A stretch of DNA of 64,000 nt from an uncultured Pseudomonadales bacterium (GTDB taxonomy: Bacteria; Patescibacteriota; Microgenomatia; UBA1400; PJMF01). The position numbers and the translations under genes were made by a program. Shown here in pieces: positions 1 to 8,928 of the stretch; within the stretch, counting starts at the first letter, position 1, and every line of letters begins with the position of its first letter. The stretch covers positions 57,752-121,751 of the forward strand of contig CAZMXT010000002.1 in NCBI GenBank assembly GCA_964570365.1. The letters run 5' to 3'. The notes under the pieces are model-generated. The model saw only the letters and a program-made list of their open reading frames with translations, searched no databases and was not told the DNA's origin.

Positions 1-229
1 TTGACGCGATCATTCGAGAGCTGTTTCTCTCTCAGTCAGCGAAACGAAAAAAATAATGGCCTAGATCAATAATTTTCTCAGTAATCTTGGAAACTTGAAA
101 CAAAAGTTTAATTTTTTTTCAGTGCAACCCAAGCTTTCTTCTTATTGACTAACTTACCAATAATGTAAAAACTATTCGTGAATATTACTGGGGAAGTGTA
201 TGCTTCCAATTATACGTACAATAAATGAT

Positions 230-745
230 TTATCGTTTTGGAGATTGCTTGGCTCGGCGAGCTTTACCACCAGTTCCAATTTTGCGAGTTTCCTTCATAC
301 GGTCATCGCGGGTGAGCAAGTTGCGTGGCTTCAATACTGCTCGAAAATCAGGATTTAATTTGACTAGGGCGCGAGACAGAGCTTGGATCAAGGCATCGAG
401 CTGGGAAGGAATTCCAGAGCCTTCAACTTTGACTGAGACTCCGTACTTACCTTGAGTGTCAGTAACTGTAAAAGGTAAATTGTACATACTTGGAGCATTC
501 TTGACTGAGCTGAAGTAATCACCGGCAACTTTACCGTTAACGACAAAGTTTCCCGCTTCATTATACAATCGAACGCGAGCAGTAGCAGTTTTACGACGAC
601 CAACAGTAGCTACAAACTCACCCTTTGGCATTACTACCGCTGGAACTGAAGTTTTTGCCACTTTTTCAGCTGCAACTTGAGCAGGTGCTTTTTGTTTCTT
701 GACGATTTTTTGAATAGAGATTTTTTTCTTGAGTTTATTGGCCAT
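230..745 (-). CDS. rpsI: 30S ribosomal protein S9, with a ~40-aa K-rich N-terminal extension
   Basis: 171-aa ORF; C-terminal ~130 aa read as S9 (GRRKTATARV...KR at the C-terminus); follows rplM as in the conserved rplM-rpsI pair. Confidence 0.9.
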   Translation of the reverse strand: MANKLKKKISIQKIVKKQKAPAQVAAEKVAKTSVPAVVMPKGEFVATVGRRKTATARVRLYNEAGNFVVNGKVAGDYFSSVKNAPSMYNLPFTVTDTQGKYGVSVKVEGSGIPSQLDALIQALSRALVKLNPDFRAVLKPRNLLTRDDRMKETRKIGTGGKARRAKQSPKR

Positions 746-749
746 AAAA

Positions 750-1184
750 TTATGCTTGTTCTGCTTGCTTAGAGCCTAGTTGGCTTTGGTGAGCGTGCTC
801 GGCAGTTGGATATACTTTTAAGCGAGCCATTCGAGGCTGTCGCAAGCGGTTATCAGGTAACATATTATAAACTGCGCGCTCAATAATTTTTTCTGGGTTC
901 TTGACTTGTAACTCCGCAAAAGAAGCTTGGCGCAGACCACCTGGGAATAGGGAGTGATCATAGTACTTCTTCTTATTGGCTTTGTTACCGGTAATGTGAA
1001 CTAAGCCAGCATTTACTACTACCACAAAGTCACCATTATCGATGTGGGGGGTAAACGTTGGCTTATTTTTACCCATTAACTTGAGCGCAACTTCGGTTGC
1101 AGCTTGACCCAAAACACGATCTTTGACATCAATCAGATGCCATTCGTGCTTCACTTCTGCTGTTTTCTGCATGTAGGTTTTCAT
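750..1184 (-). CDS. rplM: 50S ribosomal protein L13
   Basis: 144-aa ORF with L13-like sequence; immediately upstream of rpsI. Confidence 0.9.
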   Translation of the reverse strand: MKTYMQKTAEVKHEWHLIDVKDRVLGQAATEVALKLMGKNKPTFTPHIDNGDFVVVVNAGLVHITGNKANKKKYYDHSLFPGGLRQASFAELQVKNPEKIIERAVYNMLPDNRLRQPRMARLKVYPTAEHAHQSQLGSKQAEQA

Positions 1185-1189
1185 ATAGG

Positions 1190-1765
1190 TTACTTCGTGG
1201 CAGCCTTTGCTTTTTTGACTGCGCCTTGCTTGACGGGTTTGGCGACTACTTTGCTAGCAGCTTTCTTTGGTTCTGGACTACTCTTAGCTGGTGCGTTTAC
1301 TTCAGCTTTTACTGACTTGGTAGCAGCTCTTCGGCCGTCCGCCACGCCTTGCTTGGCGGCTTTTACTCTCACTGGGTGAGTTTTCCCACTCTTTAAAGTT
1401 CCAGTCACTTCAGCTTGTTTAACAAATGAAATTTTGACCATTGGGGTGTTATCACCACGGCGATTACCAACTGGGGTAATCCGAGTAAAACCTGAGGTTC
1501 GATCACTCATGGCTGGAGCAACTCGGTCTACGAGCGTAGAAACCACGTCTCGCTTTCCAAAAACCCGATGTAACCCTCGGCGAGTTGCCAGAGTATCATC
1601 TTGAGCTTTATGGACAAGCTTATCAGCTAATCGCTTCAATACTTTGGCTTTGGCTTGAGTGGTAGTGATTTCGCCTCGTTCAGTCAAGTTGCGCAGTAAG
1701 CCCATCAACAGTGCTTTGCGTTGGTTTGAATCTCGATTGAATTTCTTATCAGCGACGCGATGTCT
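1190..1765 (-). CDS. rplQ: 50S ribosomal protein L17 with long K/A-rich C-terminal tail
   Basis: ORF 1190..1780; L17 N-terminus MRHRVADKKFNR begins at the internal Met (1765); follows rpoA; tail contains the VADGRR repeat element. Confidence 0.85.
   Translation of the reverse strand, partial: RHRVADKKFNRDSNQRKALLMGLLRNLTERGEITTTQAKAKVLKRLADKLVHKAQDDTLATRRGLHRVFGKRDVVSTLVDRVAPAMSDRTSGFTRITPVGNRRGDNTPMVKISFVKQAEVTGTLKSGKTHPVRVKAAKQGVADGRRAATKSVKAEVNAPAKSSPEPKKAASKVVAKPVKQGAVKKAKAATK
1323..1364 (-). repeat. copy 1 of a ~38-nt in-frame repeat element (GCAGCTCTTCGGCCGTCCGCCACGCCTTGCTTGGCGGC) in the rplQ tail
   Basis: Near-identical to the copies at 9017..9054 and 12486..12523; encodes AAKQGVADGRRAA. 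Confidence 0.7.
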
Positions 1766-1780
1766 CATACAAATCCTCAA

Positions 1781-2722
1781 TTAGCCTAAGCTGACGCCTT
1801 TCTTTAAAAGAGCATCATTGATCAGATCCACACTCTTGCCACCTAAGTTCTTGACTTTAGAGACTACTTCTCTTGGTGCGCCGACCAGGTCTCCCACGGT
1901 CTTGAATCCACCTTTGCGCAGTGCATTGGCAATGCGGGTTGGCAGGTCAAGTTCCTCGACAGTTAGTCGTAAGACTTCTGCCTCTTCGGGACTCAACTGC
2001 ACATCTGCTTCTGGAACAGCTTCTACAGCTGGGCTGAAAATTTGAGTGAACTGGCGGGCTAAGATGCGAGCAGATTGTTGCACTGCTTCCAAAGGAGTCA
2101 TTGCACCATTACTCTGAACTTCTAACAGAACTCGATCATAGTCTGTGCGGCGACCGACACGGGTTGATTCCACATTGTAGGCAACTCGAACCACTGGGGA
2201 GAACAAGGCATCCACTGGAATTTCTCCCAAACTGACTTCTTTGCGCTCATTGGCCACTGAGTAGCCAACACCTGGCTCAACAGTCATCTCTACTTTGAGA
2301 GACTTTCCAGCAGCGAGGGTGGTGATGTATTGGTCTTTGTTGACTACTTCAAAGCCTGAATCTGGATCAATATCAGCAGCTGTGACTTCTTTGGCTCCCT
2401 TGAGCTCTAAGCGTAAGACGCCTGGAGTAGAGCTACTAGATTTAATCCGAATTTCTTTAATGTTCAAGATCATTTCCAAAACATCTTCTTTCAAACCTTC
2501 GAGTGTTGAAAATTGATGATCAACACCAGAAATGCGCACCTTGGTGATTGCCATTCCTGGTAAAGAACTCAACATCACCCGACGAAGAGCATTGCCTAGA
2601 GTATGTCCATACCCTTGCTCTAATGGCTCAATGACGATCGTTGCTTGGGTAGCAGTACTATCGTTATCAACCACGGTAAAGCTAGGGTTCATAGCCTCGT
2701 ATTGGTCAAAGTTTTGATTCAT
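1781..2722 (-). CDS. rpoA: DNA-directed RNA polymerase subunit alpha
   Basis: 313 aa; RpoA N-terminal domain plus C-terminal domain (GxP...VGDL) ; alpha-operon position. Confidence 0.9.
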   Translation of the reverse strand: MNQNFDQYEAMNPSFTVVDNDSTATQATIVIEPLEQGYGHTLGNALRRVMLSSLPGMAITKVRISGVDHQFSTLEGLKEDVLEMILNIKEIRIKSSSSTPGVLRLELKGAKEVTAADIDPDSGFEVVNKDQYITTLAAGKSLKVEMTVEPGVGYSVANERKEVSLGEIPVDALFSPVVRVAYNVESTRVGRRTDYDRVLLEVQSNGAMTPLEAVQQSARILARQFTQIFSPAVEAVPEADVQLSPEEAEVLRLTVEELDLPTRIANALRKGGFKTVGDLVGAPREVVSKVKNLGGKSVDLINDALLKKGVSLG

Positions 2723-2776
2723 ATATCTTTCTCCTTGTTTCGCCGCCCCATGTGGGACTCTGTGTCTGGATTATTA

Positions 2777-3385
2777 TTATCTACTATAAAATTCTACAAT
2801 TAATTGTTCTTCAATCGCTTCTCTAATTTCTGAACGCTCAGCAAAGCGAGTGATCTTCCCAGCCGCACCTTTTCGCTGTAACCAAGCTGGAATCTCAGCA
2901 GACTCTTCTTTGAGACGCTCAGCAATGGCTGGACTGGTCACAAAGGTACTCTTGACTGTAATGACGTCATTTACTCTGACTGTATAGGAGGCGATGTCCA
3001 TTTTCTTGCCATTGACTAAGATGTGGCCATGAGAGACGGTTTGACGAGCAGCACTGCGTGTCCCGGCCCAACCTAATCTGTACACAACATTATCTAAGCG
3101 ACGCTCTAAAAGATCGAGTAATGCCGCACCAGTAGAAGTTGGATTTTTGGTCGCTACTTCATAGAGATGTCGCAACTGTTTCTCAGTCACGCCATAGATG
3201 TACTTCACTTTTTGTTTTTCTTTTAACTGGATACCGTAGTCTGATAACTTACGTCGACCTTTAGCGCCATGTTGACCTGGACGGTTGGCAATCACTCGGG
3301 CCACTTTGACTGAGTTGGTTTTCAGACCAAGGTCTTCACCAATTCGACGTGCTAGCTTGTTTTTAGAACCTGTGTATCTTGACAT
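2777..3385 (-). CDS. rpsD: 30S ribosomal protein S4
   Basis: 202 aa, MSRYTGSKNKLARRIG start typical of S4. Confidence 0.9.
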   Translation of the reverse strand: MSRYTGSKNKLARRIGEDLGLKTNSVKVARVIANRPGQHGAKGRRKLSDYGIQLKEKQKVKYIYGVTEKQLRHLYEVATKNPTSTGAALLDLLERRLDNVVYRLGWAGTRSAARQTVSHGHILVNGKKMDIASYTVRVNDVITVKSTFVTSPAIAERLKEESAEIPAWLQRKGAAGKITRFAERSEIREAIEEQLIVEFYSR

Positions 3386-3390
3386 AAATA

Positions 3391-3792
3391 TTACCGATTA
3401 TGCTTTGCTTTGCGAGGCTTTGTTCCGTTATGTGGAACTGGAGTCATGTCAGCAATCATGCCAACGCGAATCTTTTGTGCTCGCAACACCCGAAGGGCTG
3501 CATCGCGTCCGGGGCCTGGCCCCTTCAAAAATACGTCCATTTCATTCATTCCAAAAGCTTTTGCTTTATTGACGGCGTTCTCCACAGTGACTGTCGCTGC
3601 ATATGGACTAGACTTGCGTGAGCCACTAAATCCGGAAGCTCCCGTAGAAGCCCAGCAGATCACGCTGCCTTTTTCATCTGTCACACTCACTAAGGTGTTA
3701 TTAAAGGTGGCGGTGATGTAAATTCGGCCACGAGGAATCACTTTAATGACTTTTCGTGGTGCGGCTTTTGTAGTTGAGGAAGGAGTTGGCAT
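3391..3792 (-). CDS. rpsK: 30S ribosomal protein S11
   Basis: 133 aa, S11 core (ITATFNNT..., SGFSGSRKSSPYAA). Confidence 0.9.
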   Translation of the reverse strand: MPTPSSTTKAAPRKVIKVIPRGRIYITATFNNTLVSVTDEKGSVICWASTGASGFSGSRKSSPYAATVTVENAVNKAKAFGMNEMDVFLKGPGPGRDAALRVLRAQKIRVGMIADMTPVPHNGTKPRKAKHNR

Positions 3793-3801
3793 ATTAAGTG
3801 A

Positions 3802-4209
3802 TTATTTAGTGGTTTTAGCTGCGTCAAGCTTGGTCGCCATTTCTTTACTGATTGCTCCCACTGCCATGCGTTTCTTGCCCTTGCGAGTACGTGCATTTGA
3901 CTTGGTGCGTTGGCCACGTGTTGGTAAGCCCATTTTGTGGCGAAGACCACGATATGAACCAATTCTCTTTAAACGATCCACATTTTCTCGAATTAAACGA
4001 CGGAGGTTCCCCTCAACGTTATATTTTTCAAGAACGCGTTGAATCTTATTAATTTCATCACCAGTTAAGTCTTTGGCACGTCTATCTGAGTCCACATTGG
4101 CTTCTTTTAAGACCTCCATAGCAGTTTTTGGACCAATTCCATACAAATATCTCAACGAGATGAAGATCTTTTTGTTGTCTGGAATATCAATACCGGAAAT
4201 ACGTGGCAT
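3802..4209 (-). CDS. rpsM: 30S ribosomal protein S13
   Basis: 135 aa, MPRISGIDIP start typical of S13. Confidence 0.9.
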   Translation of the reverse strand: MPRISGIDIPDNKKIFISLRYLYGIGPKTAMEVLKEANVDSDRRAKDLTGDEINKIQRVLEKYNVEGNLRRLIRENVDRLKRIGSYRGLRHKMGLPTRGQRTKSNARTRKGKKRMAVGAISKEMATKLDAAKTTK

Positions 4210-4216
4210 GTCTCAA

Positions 4217-4333
4217 TTATCCTTGGCGCTGCTTGTGTTTGGCACTGACTGAACAGATTACATACAACACGCCTTTACGACGCAGATGTTTGCAGCCTCG
4301 ACACATTTTTTTTACTGATGATCGTACTTTCAT
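4217..4333 (-). CDS. rpmJ: 50S ribosomal protein L36
   Basis: Not in the ORF track (38 aa). Minus-strand translation [38 protein letters not shown] is a canonical L36 zinc ribbon, between infA and rpsM. Confidence 0.8.
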   Translation of the reverse strand: MKVRSSVKKMCRGCKHLRRKGVLYVICSVSAKHKQRQG

Positions 4334-4416
4334 AACTTTTTCGCTGTTGTTCACTAGATGTGAGTCGAATGACAACAGAGGTGAAATATACCTTAAAAGC
4401 GTATTTTTGAAAAGTC

Positions 4417-4746
4417 CTAGTTTGAATGCAAGGCTTTTTGGGTTGATCTATACGTTATTTTACACTTTTTGAGGTCATATTTAGAGACATATCCCTTGAC
4501 TAAATCGCCTGGAAGTACGCGAATTCTGAATAATCGCATCTTTCCCGCCAATGTACCCAACAAAACTTGTCCTACCAGCTGAGGTGCAGTGGCATTTGTA
4601 ATCTTGACCCGAAACATGGTGTTTGGCAGGCACTCTTCCACTTCACCCTCCATATCGAAGATGTCATCACGTTTATCAGCATCATTACCAGCATCAACCT
4701 GTCTTCTGGCTTTAGCGGCACGCTTATGTTCTTGGACTTTTCCCAT
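4417..4746 (-). CDS. infA: translation initiation factor IF-1, possibly with a ~30-aa N-terminal extension
   Basis: C-terminal 78 aa match IF-1 (LPNTMFRV...GKMR...PGD). Start could be Met1 (4746) or internal Met32 (4653); TATAAT hexamer lies 7 nt upstream of the Met1 ATG. Confidence 0.85.
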   Translation of the reverse strand: MGKVQEHKRAAKARRQVDAGNDADKRDDIFDMEGEVEECLPNTMFRVKITNATAPQLVGQVLLGTLAGKMRLFRIRVLPGDLVKGYVSKYDLKKCKITYRSTQKALHSN

Positions 4747-4801
4747 AGGGGGTATTATACTCGATAAAGTGAAATAAGACTATTCTTAGGTTGTCTGTTT
4801 T

Positions 4802-5838
4802 ATGCTCTACGCCAGTCGCGATAAACCTGATTTTGTCCGCTACTTTCAAGTACTTACTGACCTGATCGCAATATTTTGGCAATTTCATCTTCAGGAAATT
4901 GAAGAGGGGAGAAGAAGTTTTTCCTCAATGGTTAATACTGAGAAATTTATAAAAGATGATGTGAGAGAATCCCCTTTAATCCAGAAGTACTGGTTCACAG
5001 TAAGCCAAAATTAAACGATGCCAGCACAGGCTTTTACCTTGAAGATGGAGAACATGAAGATATTCTCAGCTTCTATACAGACGGCATCTATCAAGAACTA
5101 AGTAAAAGCTGGAATAATTTTTTTGGTGGCTCCGAAGAAAGTGTTGGCCAGGCCAAAAAAGTAATTTCACGCTTTCTTAGGAGGAAAAAGGGACCTTATG
5201 TAGAAGACCCTTTTGTAAAGTCACTCATCAGTGAGGCAGAACTATTAGGACCACTCATCTCTCGAGTAGGTACAGCTGCAGAAGGCTACTCCTTGAGGGA
5301 TGTACTCCAGCGAGGAAGTCGCACTGGAAGTGAAGCTGCTGGCTCATTAGTGGCTATGAGAAATGTCTTTCAAAAGTATGATTTGGCTAAAGCAGCGCTG
5401 ATTATTTCAAAAGTAACGATTGATCATGTAAGTGATGTCAGATCTGGACTCACTTCTAAAGGAGAGTATCACGCTTTTGACCACAATGCCCAAACGAAAC
5501 ATCATCTAGACTTGGATCAGCTTAAATCCTATGGATTAGGCAAAGCACTCGGTTGTCCCGCGGGCCTATTACCGAGCCAGGAATGTAAAGCATATTTACA
5601 AAAAAAAGGAGTTACTCGAGAAGGTTCAATGCTAGAAGATTTTGCGAAGCAGGTGGGTGAGCGTTTCCATCGCGATGTGGAGATATGGTTTGGTAAACTA
5701 AACGGGGTAGATCAAGAGAAGTTTATCGATCCAGAACTTCTTAAACTCCTCCGCGGTGAAGTTCCTTGGGCCAAACCCGAAGGCAGTGCCCGCCTAGAAG
5801 GCGCAGCTCCTCACCCCCATTCAGAGAAGCTGGGATAA
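4802..5838 (+). pseudogene. hypothetical gene (~345 aa if joined) split by a frameshift, opposite strand to the ribosomal block
   Basis: ORF 4802..5014 (frame 2) overlaps an open frame 4960..5838 (frame 1) that has no ATG before TTG at 5293. One extra A in the AAAA run near 5005 would join them in frame. Confidence 0.4.
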
Positions 5839-5852
5839 CTGCTGCAGTTTTT

Positions 5853-6602
5853 TTAGTACGCAGTCAAGATCTGCGGCCCATTTTTAGTAATTAAAACCGT
5901 GTGTTCGATCATCCCTGACAAAGAACCATCAACGGTTCGTTGGGTCCAGCCATCTGCATCGACATACAGATCTGGTTTTCCCATGGTGTACATGATCTCA
6001 ATAGCGACAGTTTGGCCTTCAAAGAACAGCACCCGTTTATCTCGCCTAATGGCGACACAAGGAATGCTCGGATCTTCATGTAGCTGCTTGCTAATTCCAT
6101 GCCCAGTGAGTTGGTGCACCGCGCCATAGCCATGGCGCTCCACTGTCTTTTGCATGGCAGAGCTGACGTCATATACGGAGTTGCCGATTACAGCTTGAGA
6201 AATTGCCTTATCTAGAGCATTCTGACCAACTTTTAGGAACTCGAGAACTTCAGCTGGAGCTTTCCCGTAAATAGCCGAGGCAGTGGTATCAACGTGAAAG
6301 CCTTGATAGAGCAGACCAACGTCAATCGTAATCAGGTCACCATCCAGAATAACTTTGTCTTTACTAGGAATACCGTGACAGACTTCATCGTTCTTCATGA
6401 TGCAGGTTGCCCAGTGGTAGCCAGGAACTAAAGCAAAGTTGGGCACCGCGCCATGCTGCTGAATTAGTTTCTGCGCCAAAGCCTCGATCTGGGAAAAGTT
6501 TTTACCAACTTCAGCAAACTTGACTAACTCCTCCCTGATCATCCCGAGAATACGGCCGCCTTCAGTCATGGCTTTAATCTTAGTTTGGGTCTGAGCTTCC
6601 AT
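5853..6602 (-). CDS. map: type I methionine aminopeptidase
   Basis: 249 aa, MetAP metal-binding residues and fold-typical sequence; conserved position after adk. Confidence 0.9.
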   Translation of the reverse strand: MEAQTQTKIKAMTEGGRILGMIREELVKFAEVGKNFSQIEALAQKLIQQHGAVPNFALVPGYHWATCIMKNDEVCHGIPSKDKVILDGDLITIDVGLLYQGFHVDTTASAIYGKAPAEVLEFLKVGQNALDKAISQAVIGNSVYDVSSAMQKTVERHGYGAVHQLTGHGISKQLHEDPSIPCVAIRRDKRVLFFEGQTVAIEIMYTMGKPDLYVDADGWTQRTVDGSLSGMIEHTVLITKNGPQILTAY

Positions 6603-6622
6603 AGAACTTTCTAACTCTGGAA

Positions 6623-7156
6623 TTAGGCCAATTGCTGCACGATGACTTCAAAAACCTGCTCCATAGAAAGTTCGCCATTGACCTGGATCAGCTGACCATT
6701 GTTGCGATAGTACTCAATGACCGTCTCTGTAAGCTCGTGGAAAAGCTGAATTCGTTTGCGAATCGCTTGTAAGTTCTCATCTTCGCGGTCTGTTACACGA
6801 CCTGAAATACGCCACAAGGCTTCTTTATCGCTCACATCGATGAAAATAACTTTATCCACGCCACTTTGGAAAGCTTCAGCTTGAACCACTGTGCGAGGAA
6901 AACCATCCAAGATATACCCATGCGCATACTCCGGCTTCTTTAAGTACTCCATGATAATTTCTAAGGTCAATTTATCGGGAACCAGCAGTCCTGCATTTAA
7001 GGTTTCCTTGAGTGTACGGCCGATTGAGCCTTTGTCCTTAGACATTTCTCGGAAGATGTGACCTGAAGACAGGTACGGAATCTTAAACTTTTCCGCTAAC
7101 AAATTTCCTTGAGTGGACTTGCCCGCACCTTGAATACCGATCAACACAAGTTTCAT
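6623..7156 (-). CDS. adk: adenylate kinase (short form, no zinc lid)
   Basis: 177 aa, P-loop GIQGAGKSTQ, after secY. Confidence 0.9.
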   Translation of the reverse strand: MKLVLIGIQGAGKSTQGNLLAEKFKIPYLSSGHIFREMSKDKGSIGRTLKETLNAGLLVPDKLTLEIIMEYLKKPEYAHGYILDGFPRTVVQAEAFQSGVDKVIFIDVSDKEALWRISGRVTDREDENLQAIRKRIQLFHELTETVIEYYRNNGQLIQVNGELSMEQVFEVIVQQLA

Positions 7157-7192
7157 ACTGCTCCTTATAGGTTTTTTGTTTTGGGTAATTTG

Positions 7193-8476
7193 TTAAATAT
7201 ATTTATCGTAGTTTTCACCGACTAGCATACCATCCAGTTGTTTGGCAGTCTCTAAGACTACTGAAACCACGATCAGCATACTGGTTCCCCCGATAGCCAG
7301 CGACTGGAAACCTGAGAGGCCTTGGGCCACTGAAGGTAAAATTGCAATAAAGCCTAGGAAAAGCGCGCCAATAAAAGTAATTCTGACCACCACATACTCA
7401 AGGAACTTTTTGGTTGGTCCACCCGGACGAATACCTGGGACAAAGGCGCCACTTTTCTTCAGCTCTTCAGAAATATCCCCGGCATTGAAGAAGATAAGCG
7501 CTGAGAAGTAGGTAAACAAGAAGACGATCAAAAAATAAGTAATGATGTAGATTGGAGCAGTGGGCGCAAACCAAATCGTCAGGTTTTGACCTAAGCGAGC
7601 CAGCTGCGGCTGCGAAAGACCGAGGAAGAATCGACCTACTAAAGGTGGAGCCAACATAATCGTCACGGCAAAGATGATTGGCATCACCCCAGCGACGTTG
7701 ATCTTAATTGGAAAGTGAGTGGTTTGGCCACCAATTGCTTTGCCAGCTCTGAGTCGTTTCGCATATTGAATCTGGACCTTACGAATCGCTTCATTCATAA
7801 AGACCATCAAAGTAATAACTCCCAGGAATAAGAGTCCAAAAATTCCAACTTTGACAAAGTCTTGAGTGGTTGTAACTGAAAGGACTTGCGCAGTAGCGAT
7901 TGGTAACTGACCGACAATACCAGCAAACAACACCATCGAGATACCATTGCCAATTCCATAAAGGGTCACCAACTCTCCTAACCACATTAGCACCATTGCA
8001 CCTGCGACTAGGGTGAAGAGCATCGCAATAATAGAGAGAGGGTCACTAGCACTTAGTAAGGATTGAGAACGGAGAAAGGCTAGGACCGAAATGCTTTGGA
8101 CCACTGCAATCGGCACGCTCAGCAGTCGAGTGTATTGATTCAGACGTTCTCGACCACTTTCGCCTTCTTTCTGCATTTCCTTGAGTGGTGGGAAGATCAT
8201 CCCTCCCAGCTGAATCACAATTGAAGCCGTAATATATGGGTTAATACCGACCGCCATCACTGAGAAGTTGGCCAATGTACCGCCAGAGAAAATATTGAGC
8301 ACACTCAAGAGTTGATTTGAAGCAAAAAGACTACGAATTTGAGAGACGTCTACGCCTGGAACTGGCACGTGAGCCAGGAGGCGGAAAATAAAAAATACTC
8401 CAGCCGTGAAAAAGATCTTTTTTCGAACGACAGGATTGGAAAAAATGCGTTGAATACCGGCAAGAATTTGCTTCAT
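7193..8476 (-). CDS. secY: preprotein translocase subunit SecY
   Basis: 427 aa polytopic membrane protein; 4-nt overlap with rplO. Confidence 0.9.
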   Translation of the reverse strand: MKQILAGIQRIFSNPVVRKKIFFTAGVFFIFRLLAHVPVPGVDVSQIRSLFASNQLLSVLNIFSGGTLANFSVMAVGINPYITASIVIQLGGMIFPPLKEMQKEGESGRERLNQYTRLLSVPIAVVQSISVLAFLRSQSLLSASDPLSIIAMLFTLVAGAMVLMWLGELVTLYGIGNGISMVLFAGIVGQLPIATAQVLSVTTTQDFVKVGIFGLLFLGVITLMVFMNEAIRKVQIQYAKRLRAGKAIGGQTTHFPIKINVAGVMPIIFAVTIMLAPPLVGRFFLGLSQPQLARLGQNLTIWFAPTAPIYIITYFLIVFLFTYFSALIFFNAGDISEELKKSGAFVPGIRPGGPTKKFLEYVVVRITFIGALFLGFIAILPSVAQGLSGFQSLAIGGTSMLIVVSVVLETAKQLDGMLVGENYDKYI

Positions 8477-8922
8477 GACTGAGCAGCTTCGATAGTACCA
8501 CCTTGCTGCTCAATTATTGTAGCAGCATTTTTGGAAACCGGGATACCACGGACGATCACTTTGCGACTTAAAGTACCATTATTGATAATTTTGGCTTTTC
8601 TAAAACGACCTTCAATGACTTTTTCGAGCTTCAATGTATCGAGGGTGATGATATCAGCTTTCATTTTGTCGATCTCAGATAAAGAAACTGCTGCAGCTGG
8701 ATCCAACACATTAAAACGTTTCTTACCCCTCAACATTGGTAAACGCTTAATTAAAGGTAATTGGCCACCTTCAAACCAGGCTGGAGCCTGACCACTCTTG
8801 CGAGATCGTTGACCCTTGGAACCACGACCCACCGTATGATTTCCCTTGCCAGATCCAGTGCCACGACCAAGTCGTTTGGCTGGTTTATCGACAATTTTGG
8901 TTAAGGTTTTCAGTAAAGACAT
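8473..8922 (-). CDS. rplO: 50S ribosomal protein L15
   Basis: 149 aa, G/R-rich N-terminal region typical of L15; directly follows rpsE with no rpmD between. Confidence 0.9.
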   Translation of the reverse strand: MSLLKTLTKIVDKPAKRLGRGTGSGKGNHTVGRGSKGQRSRKSGQAPAWFEGGQLPLIKRLPMLRGKKRFNVLDPAAAVSLSEIDKMKADIITLDTLKLEKVIEGRFRKAKIINNGTLSRKVIVRGIPVSKNAATIIEQQGGTIEAAQS

Positions 8923-8928
8923 ACAGAG

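Noticed and set aside
388-603. Numerous 60-130-aa ORFs inside or antisense to rpoB, rpoC, fusA, tuf and the r-protein genes (e.g. 388..603, 18389..18646, 20149..20553, 24043..24321, 28463..28729)
   Set aside because: They are fully contained in high-confidence conserved genes, mostly on the opposite strand; typical spurious ORFs.
1104-1379. Plus-strand ORFs 1104..1379, 12369..12749 and 9042..9296 containing RPSATPCLAAF-like peptides
   Set aside because: They are antisense shadows of the r-protein tail repeat, sitting inside well-supported minus-strand r-protein genes; not independent genes.
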